Source: an uncultured Phycisphaerales bacterium (GTDB lineage: Bacteria; Planctomycetota; Phycisphaerae; Tepidisphaerales; Tepidisphaeraceae). Taken from it: a stretch of DNA of 64,000 bases. This document shows, in pieces, positions 57,818 to 64,000 of this stretch (the stretch's first letter is position 1; each line of letters begins with the position of its first letter). The stretch is taken from contig CAVWVQ010000001.1 in assembly GCA_963758525.1 (NCBI GenBank), forward strand, positions 365,540 through 429,539, written 5' to 3'. The notes below the pieces were generated by a model. That model was not told where the DNA came from. It ran no database searches and saw only the letters and a list, made by a program, of their open reading frames with translations. The translations under genes were made by a program, and so were the position numbers.

Positions 57818-58891
57818 ATGGGTCCGCTGAAGGCAATCTACGCCCTGAATCCGGAATCGCGCCGCATGATCTACGGCCCCGACGAGGAGCGCGACATCGC
57901 CGCCCTGGTCGATCTCTTCGCCCCTCCTCAAACCCAAAGCGTGGCATCGGAGAACCCGAACGTTCTCGCCCAAACAGAGATCATTTTCTCGGGCTGGGGC
58001 GGCCCGCTGCTGGACCGGGCATTTCTCGACGCCGCACCAAAACTCAAAGCGGTCTTCTACGGCGCCGGGGCCATGGGGTATATGCTCACCCCCGCCGTCT
58101 GGGAACGCGGGATCAGGCTCACCAGCGCCGCCAGCGCCAACGCGGTGCCCGTCGCGGAATACGCGCTGGCGACGATCCTCTTCTCCCTCAAGCATGGCTG
58201 GCGACTGGCGCGGGAAACACGCGAGCAACGACATTTCCCCAATCGCGATCACGCGCCCGGATGCTACGGCTCGACCGTCGGCCTGATCTCACTGGGAGTC
58301 ATCGCCCGCCTCCTCTTGCGAATGCTCAAACCCTTCGATCTCAAGGTCGTGATCTATGACCCTTTCGTGACCGATGCCGAAGCCCGGAATCTCGGCGTGG
58401 AAAAAACTTCTCTCGACGATCTGTTTCGACGCGCCGATGTCGTCTCGCTGCATACCCCCCATCTGCCTGAGACAGTCGGGATGATCACGGGCGAACACTT
58501 CGCGAGCCTGAAGACTGGCAGCACGTTCATCAATACCGCGCAGGGCGCGGTCGTCCGCGAAGCGCAAATGATCGAGGTGCTCGCGCGCCGCCCCGACCTC
58601 CAGGCCGTTCTCGACGTCACCACGAATGAGCCAACCGAGCCGGCTTCGCAACTCTACGATCTGCCGAACGTCGTGCTGACTCCGCACATAGCCGGCTCCG
58701 TGGGCAGCGAGTGCCGGCGGATGGGCCGTTGCATGGTTGACGAATTGAAGCGGTATCTCGCGGGAACGCCCCTGCTGTGGGAAGTCACCCAAGCGTCATC
58801 CCGGCATTCCGCGCACCGCCCGATCGCGGCGAACGTCGTTCCACAACCGAAGATCGAACCTCCCGCCGACGGCGTGGCCATCGACGATTAG
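57818..58891 (+). CDS. D-2-hydroxyacid dehydrogenase family protein (copy 1)
   Basis: NAVPVAEY, GLISLGVIAR, YDP, VSLHTP, INTAQG, LDVT..EP, TPHIAG. Confidence 0.9.
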   Translation: MGPLKAIYALNPESRRMIYGPDEERDIAALVDLFAPPQTQSVASENPNVLAQTEIIFSGWGGPLLDRAFLDAAPKLKAVFYGAGAMGYMLTPAVWERGIRLTSAASANAVPVAEYALATILFSLKHGWRLARETREQRHFPNRDHAPGCYGSTVGLISLGVIARLLLRMLKPFDLKVVIYDPFVTDAEARNLGVEKTSLDDLFRRADVVSLHTPHLPETVGMITGEHFASLKTGSTFINTAQGAVVREAQMIEVLARRPDLQAVLDVTTNEPTEPASQLYDLPNVVLTPHIAGSVGSECRRMGRCMVDELKRYLAGTPLLWEVTQASSRHSAHRPIAANVVPQPKIEPPADGVAIDD

Positions 58892-59124
58892 ATGAACCGC
58901 GGGTTACACGGCTAACCCAGCGCGGCCAAGTCGCAAGAAAGTGCAAGCGGCGCGAAGGCGCGGCATCGGCCCGGCGACAAGTCGCTCGGCTCCGCGCTGG
59001 CGCGCCGCCGTGAATGCCTCGGCGAAATAAGCGGTCATACCCCGGGCGATGTCGCGTCGAGACAAGGAGTCGGACAATCATTGCCGTTTGGGGACTGTCG
59101 GGGCCGCGCCGGCTTCACTGCCGA

Positions 59125-60020
59125 CTACCAATGCTGCTGCGGCTGATACGGGTCGAAGATGACGTCATCCCAGGCTGGGTAGGTATTCGCGTGCGGCTGG
59201 GCGATGAATCGCACGAGCACCGCACGCACCGATCCGTCGGCGAAAGCGACGTTTGAGTATCCCTCCAGGTTCAAAAATGTATGGGGGCTGTAAGACCACG
59301 TGCCGCCAAGATGTTTGACCTGATGAAGATACATTGCGCTTGCGCTGTTTCCCGGCTCGTAATAGACGTTGGGGCTCTGATACTTGCTGCCAGTTGGGAG
59401 GCTCTCGGACCCGCCATCCGCGGCAAACGTCATGTTATTGCGCCAATAGTCGCGTTGCTGTTCACAAGCCCGTCGATCAACACAGCCTGAGAGCTTGGCT
59501 GTGAAATCTGAGTGATTTTCCACGGGACGAAGATGCGGTTTGCCGTCGCCCCTACGGGGATCCATCGGTTGGGATCGTCTCCCCCCAGTTGCTGGTGATA
59601 GCGGTAGGAATAGGCGGTATCGGCGTTGTATGCGGCACCGGTGAAGTCGGGTTCGCCCTCCTGCGCCGCGCAGACGAAGACCTTGTTTAGCAGCTTCCCC
59701 GAGGTGCCGCCTTCAGTTCCCAGATATGGCACGAGATACCCATCCTGGTTCCCTCCGCGCGTCCAGACATCCGGCCGGCCGTATGTGCCGGATGTGTTTC
59801 CTCCGGCGGCCACGGGAGGCAGATATCCCTTGCTTTCATTCGTGTACATAATTACTGCCGCCATGACCTGGCGGATCCGCGCCGCGCAAGCGATCGTCTG
59901 CGAAGATGCGCGGGCCTTGCTCAGCACGGGCAGGAGCAGACTGATAATCACGGCGATGATGCCGATGACGACCAGCAGTTCCACCAGGCTAAATCCCCGT
60001 CGCTTTTTGCAAAATGCCAT
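59125..60020 (-). CDS. Prepilin-type N-terminal cleavage/methylation protein (DUF1559/H-X9-DG type); apparent frameshift near 59455
   Basis: [18 protein letters not shown]...LLP; C-terminal H...SNVAFADGSV in another frame. Confidence 0.9.
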
Positions 60021-60189
60021 AACTGCACCGCCTGCCGCCGGCCTGATTCCCGCGGCTGAAAAGAACGACGCGATCCCTGCGGCCGAGCAGCGAATCTGAT
60101 CCGACTTTCGCTGGAACGGCCGCCGGGAATGGTCCTCCCTTATTGGTACCACCACCAGCAAACGTAGAATTGGCTGCCCGACTGCATCC
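59991..60189. repeat. ~200 bp duplicated junction, copy 1
   Basis: Aligns by eye with 61390-61591 (ATGCCATAACTGCACCGC, GCTGAAAAGAAC, CAGCGAATCTGATCC.ACTTTCGCTGGA, TTGGTACCACCA). Confidence 0.9.
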
Positions 60190-61054
60190 GCACCGAGGAA
60201 TTATTTCCCGGCTGTCCGGTCAGAACCGCCGGAAAATCTGTAGTAGCCGTCGTTGCCCATTCGCCGTGGCCGTCTGCGTACACAATATTGGCCCCGGCAA
60301 TAGTCGCCTGATAGGTGCTCATCCACGTCCAGGCATGATTGATGATGAACGTCCCATTACTTCCGCTAGCCTGGTCCCACTCGACTCGGTCCGCGAACAA
60401 TGGGAGCGGGTCGCGTGCGCCGTTTCTGCCGCCCAGCGCCCCGGTGCCCGTGTCAACGGGGCGCTCATTCCATTGCTGGGAAACCGGGTACACCCCCTGA
60501 CTCGAGCACCGCTCCGGCGACGTGGTCGGGTGATTATTGCCCCAGCCGTTGGCCAGATACATATAAGATGATTGAATCGCGTCGCCGTAGCTGGTGTTCA
60601 GTGCCGTGAAGACCGGATTGCTGGGGCACTCCCAGACCTGGCTGGGAGTCACCAGGGGCGGCGTCACGTTGTACCCGTACAGAGTGCCCGCGCTGACAGT
60701 GGTGGGTTCGGGGAAGTCCATTGCCAGAAACATGTCACGGCGGAAGTTGCCCGGCAGCATCACCGAATTGCTCGCATTATAAACCCAGAGCTCTCCGTTG
60801 CTGTTATTCCTGCCCGAGCCGCTCCCGTCGTACTGGTTCCGAAACTCCAGCGGAAAGTGCCCTTTGTAGTTGTTGGCGTACATGATCGCCGACATTGCCA
60901 GTTGGCGCAGGTTGCTCAAACACGTCACCCGGCGCGAACGCTCCCTCGCTGCGTTCAACGCCGGCAGCAGCAGAGCGGTCAGCACGGCGATGATGCCGAT
61001 CACGACCAGCAACTCCACGAGCGTAAATCCGCCACTGCGCCGCTTCGCGTTCAT
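60140..61054 (-). CDS. Prepilin-type DUF1559/H-X9-DG protein
   Basis: [15 protein letters not shown]...CLSNLRQL...CPS...NH...ANIVYADGH. Confidence 0.93.
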   Translation of the reverse strand: MNAKRRSGGFTLVELLVVIGIIAVLTALLLPALNAARERSRRVTCLSNLRQLAMSAIMYANNYKGHFPLEFRNQYDGSGSGRNNSNGELWVYNASNSVMLPGNFRRDMFLAMDFPEPTTVSAGTLYGYNVTPPLVTPSQVWECPSNPVFTALNTSYGDAIQSSYMYLANGWGNNHPTTSPERCSSQGVYPVSQQWNERPVDTGTGALGGRNGARDPLPLFADRVEWDQASGSNGTFIINHAWTWMSTYQATIAGANIVYADGHGEWATTATTDFPAVLTGQPGNNSSVRMQSGSQFYVCWWWYQ

Positions 61055-61139
61055 CGTATCACCTGCCTTCGAAGCGCGATCTTCCCGTCTTGCGGCCCGT
61101 TTTACAATTGCGTTGCCAATGCCGCCCAGCCGCTTGTCG

Positions 61140-61419
61140 TCATTTGGCGCGGAAGGTGAGCGTGCCGAGGCCGGGGTGATCGCTGTTGGTGTCTTCCGGT
61201 TCGTACCCGACGCGCTCGCACACTTCTTTGCAGTACGGCGCGTCCAACTTCGCGAGTGAGAACAGATGCAATGACATTTCCCAGATCGGCGAAAAGTTGC
61301 CGCGGCCCTTTACCGCGGGGCCTTTCGGATATTTGGTCACGTTATTGCAATACTCGAAGAAGGGATGATACGGCACGTCGTTCAGCCGTAAAACCCCATC
61401 GCTTTTTGGAAGATGCCAT
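61140..61419 (-). pseudogene. Chimeric remnant: prepilin 5' stub joined to an alginate-lyase-like C-terminal fragment
   Basis: ATG at 61419 gives MASSKKRWGFT, then stops early. An out-of-frame segment reads NDVPY...[11 protein letters not shown]...LDAPY...[10 protein letters not shown]. Confidence 0.6.
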
Positions 61420-61591
61420 AACTGCACCGCTTGCCGCCGGGCTGATCCCGGCGCTGAAAAGAACCGCGCGATCCTCGCGGCCGAACAGCGAATCTGATCC
61501 AACTTTCGCTGGAGCGGACGCCGACAATGGTCCGCCTTTGTTGGTACCACCAGCATTCGTAGAACAGGACGCGATGACCTCAACTGCATCC
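61390..61591. repeat. ~200 bp duplicated junction, copy 2
   Basis: Direct repeat of 59991-60189, including a degenerate pilin C-terminus FYECWWYQ. Confidence 0.9.
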
Positions 61592-61602
61592 TAACGTGTC
61601 TG

Positions 61603-62109
61603 CTATGGCCCAACCTGAACTGCCGTCCCATCCGCGCAGCTCACCGTCATCACGCCTGGCGCTTCAGAGCTCAATTCCTTCACCCACCTGGAATCGCCCG
61701 GCTTCTTAATCTCGAGCTTCCGGGTGATTTTGTTCACCACGTCGCTGTCCGGAATCCACTGCGGCTGGGTCGTCGCGGTCGCCAGCATGTCATGGCGGGC
61801 ATCGCGGATATACGCGGCCGCCTCCGGACTCACCGCACGCTCCAGGTATCCGACAAAACGCTTTCCATTACATTCGAATACACACGCCGCATCCACTTCG
61901 TGGCCGTCGCGCTGAAAGGGCGCAACCTGGTTGATGTCGTCGGCGAAAAAGGTTTTCCCGTCGTCGGCTGAAAAGTAACTGAGCGTCGGGGGAGTCGCCG
62001 AGATCTTGCGCGACGAAATCAGCCGCACGCCGATCAGGAGAACCACTAGGACAACTGCCGCGATGCCCGTGGCGGCGGGATACCGATTGAGTATCTGGCG
62101 AAGTCCCAT
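61603..62109 (-). CDS. Hypothetical membrane-anchored protein in the prepilin cassette
   Basis: One N-terminal TM; YFSADDGKTFF...VFEC...FVGYLER...KKPG...W; AAGGA RBS. Confidence 0.8.
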   Translation of the reverse strand: MGLRQILNRYPAATGIAAVVLVVLLIGVRLISSRKISATPPTLSYFSADDGKTFFADDINQVAPFQRDGHEVDAACVFECNGKRFVGYLERAVSPEAAAYIRDARHDMLATATTQPQWIPDSDVVNKITRKLEIKKPGDSRWVKELSSEAPGVMTVSCADGTAVQVGP

Positions 62110-62141
62110 GAGATCCTTGAATCAGGGGAGAAAGGGAGATG

Positions 62142-63047
62142 TCAGGGATAACTGGTGAACGTGTCCGTCTGCTGGTACGGGTCGATCCACGTGCCGTCAA
62201 AAGGCGGCGCGGGATACGCGTTAAGCGTCCAAGGAATGGTCCGAACGGACCCGTCACAATAAGCCACGTTCGTCATGCCGGTGTACGCGACATTGTTTGA
62301 AGAGCTGTTCCAGTAGGCGAAGTAGGTTCCGATCGCCTTCTGTGCGTGGAGATAAATGCCATAGCGCGGATTGTGGCCATACAAATTGGACGGCTTGTTC
62401 ACGCTCCCCTCGCAGACCAGCGCCATGCCCGCCTGGCTCAGCGCGGAGTTGATGGCGTTACCCTCCGCGAACAACGCCAGCTTGCTTGAGTCACGCACCT
62501 GCTGCATTTTCCAGGGCCGGAAGATCATTGGTGAAGGGGGGCTTGGGCCCCACTGAACTGGGTCCTGGCCGCCAAGGATCGCGTTGTAGCGGTACGTGTT
62601 GTTTGATGTCGTGATATCCGCGAGCTGATCCTGGAAGTCGGGACAGCTGAAAAGCTGATCCGTCGGCACCGTCAGTGTTGCTCCCGAACTGGCGAAGTAT
62701 GGAATAAGCGGGCTGTAGCCGCCTGCTGGGAAAATCGTTGGCCGGGCCCAGAAACCACTAGGATAGCTCAACTCGGAGTACGCCATTTGCGGAAAGAATC
62801 CCTTGTTCTCGTTCGCGTACATCATGACAGCCTGGGTCAGGGTGCGCAAACGCGCTTCGCACTGGATCAGGCGCGCTGATTCCCGGGCACGCGACAGTGC
62901 CGGCAGCAATATCGAGATCAACAACGCGATGATCCCGATGACAACCAGCAGTTCGACAAGAGTAAAAGCCGCAGACGTTTTTCTATCGGCCGAATAGATG
63001 ACGACTGGCGCCGATTGATCGGCAATCCGGTTACGAGATGACGTCAT
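62142..63047 (-). CDS. Prepilin-type DUF1559/H-X9-DG protein (start could be 63107)
   Basis: [25 protein letters not shown]...CP...NVAYCDGSV. Confidence 0.93.
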   Translation of the reverse strand: MTSSRNRIADQSAPVVIYSADRKTSAAFTLVELLVVIGIIALLISILLPALSRARESARLIQCEARLRTLTQAVMMYANENKGFFPQMAYSELSYPSGFWARPTIFPAGGYSPLIPYFASSGATLTVPTDQLFSCPDFQDQLADITTSNNTYRYNAILGGQDPVQWGPSPPSPMIFRPWKMQQVRDSSKLALFAEGNAINSALSQAGMALVCEGSVNKPSNLYGHNPRYGIYLHAQKAIGTYFAYWNSSSNNVAYTGMTNVAYCDGSVRTIPWTLNAYPAPPFDGTWIDPYQQTDTFTSYP

Positions 63048-63107
63048 GTGTTTCTCCGCGCTCGATGAGCCAGTCACCAACCCGCGTGCATCAAAACCTT
63101 TCGTCAT

Positions 63108-64000
63108 TCATGTTCTCGCGTGACCGCTGACTGCGAGCGCGGCCTGGCGCACTGGCCGCGGGACGCTCACTTCAACAGGGCGATGCGAAGAGCGCATCGC
63201 GGACTTCTCGGTCACGGCATACTTCAAGGGCTCGCCAGCCAAATATCGCAACAGCTCTTCCACCATATATCGGCCCATTCGCTGGCACTCCGAACCGACC
63301 GAACCCGCAATGTGCGGCGTCAGCACCACGTTCTCCAGATCGTAGAGCGGAGAGTCCGCTTCGGCCGGTTCATTGAGCGTCACGTCCAGAACCGCCTGGA
63401 GGTCGGGGCGCCGAGACAGAACCTCGATCATTTCCCGCTCGCGCACGAGTTGCCCGCGCGGTATTGATGAATGTCGCTCCGTGCTTCATCAAGGCGATGT
63501 GGGCTGCGGTGATCATCCCCGTGGTCTCGGGAAAGACCGGCGTATGGAGCGATACCACGTCGGCGCGGCGGAACAGGGACTCCAGTGCAACCAGTTCGAC
63601 TCCAAGGATGTTCGCATCCTCTTCGCTCACAAACGGATCGTGCAGGAGCACCTTCAGATCGAACGACCGGAGCAGACCCAGCAGCTTTCGGGCGATGGCC
63701 CCCAGCGACACAAGTCCCACGGTGCTCCCATAGCAACCGGGCACCTGATTTCGATCAGGATGACAGCGGTTCGCTTTGGTCTGGCGCGCCAGCCGCCATC
63801 CGTGCTTGAGCGAGAAGAGGATCGTGGCAAGCGAGTATTCCGCCACCGGCACGGCATTGGCTTCCAATGCGCTGCTGACGACGATGCCGCGTTCCCAGAT
63901 CGCCGGGGTGAGAATGCGTCCCATGGCGCCGGCGCCGTAGAAGACCGCCTCGAGATTGGGAGCGGCGTCGAGGAACGCGTCGTCGAGAAGCGGGCAGCCC
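63108..64000 (-). CDS. D-2-hydroxyacid dehydrogenase family protein (copy 2, 5' end outside window); apparent frameshift near 63450
   Basis: NAVPVAEY, VSLGAIAR, INTARG, LDVTLNEP, TPHIAG; closely similar to 57818-58891. Confidence 0.9.

Noticed and set aside
58892..59124. ncRNA between the convergent dehydrogenase and pilin genes
   Set aside because: Only weak GC pairing and no recognisable family motif.
60021..60139. Integron attC site
   Set aside because: No convincing RYYYAAC...GTTRRRY box pair and no integrase seen.
59991..61591. Diversity-generating retroelement TR/VR pair
   Set aside because: Differences are not adenine-specific, include indels, span intergenic DNA, and no reverse transcriptase is in the window.

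Overview
GC-rich bacterial chromosomal segment. The gene repertoire (DUF1559-type prepilin/H-X9-DG proteins, a MoxR-DUF58-BatA-vWA-prenyltransferase cluster, PQQ-like propeller, DUF1080) suggests a planctomycete, probably Phycisphaerae; this is inferred, not searched. In order: a GT2/sulfotransferase/acyltransferase cluster, trpBA, priA-SRAP-ROK-SIS, response regulator-groES-groEL, an 8-gene MoxR/vWA operon, mutM, small secreted proteins, PfkB, guaB, an SSS-GH39-GH43-GH43 sugar locus, a cNMP-domain ABC exporter, a SWIM-SNF2 helicase, a nucleotidyltransferase, an IMPase-like gene, and a prepilin cassette flanked by two paralogous hydroxyacid dehydrogenases. About 20 short-indel frameshifts interrupt conserved genes, mostly near GCGC/CGCG, and are probably long-read errors. 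No tRNA, rRNA, CRISPR array, integrase, transposase or reverse transcriptase was recognised. Most notable: (i) many REP-like palindromes and inverted 7-8-mer tandem arrays, some apparently translated in frame in priA, a GH43 gene and the mutM tail, and one nested in another; (ii) a rearranged prepilin cassette with a ~200 bp duplicated structured junction and a chimeric scar; (iii) an ABC exporter whose NBD carries a ~300 aa insertion plus a cNMP domain; (iv) a secreted His/Ser/Lys-rich protein with a ~10-residue repeat.
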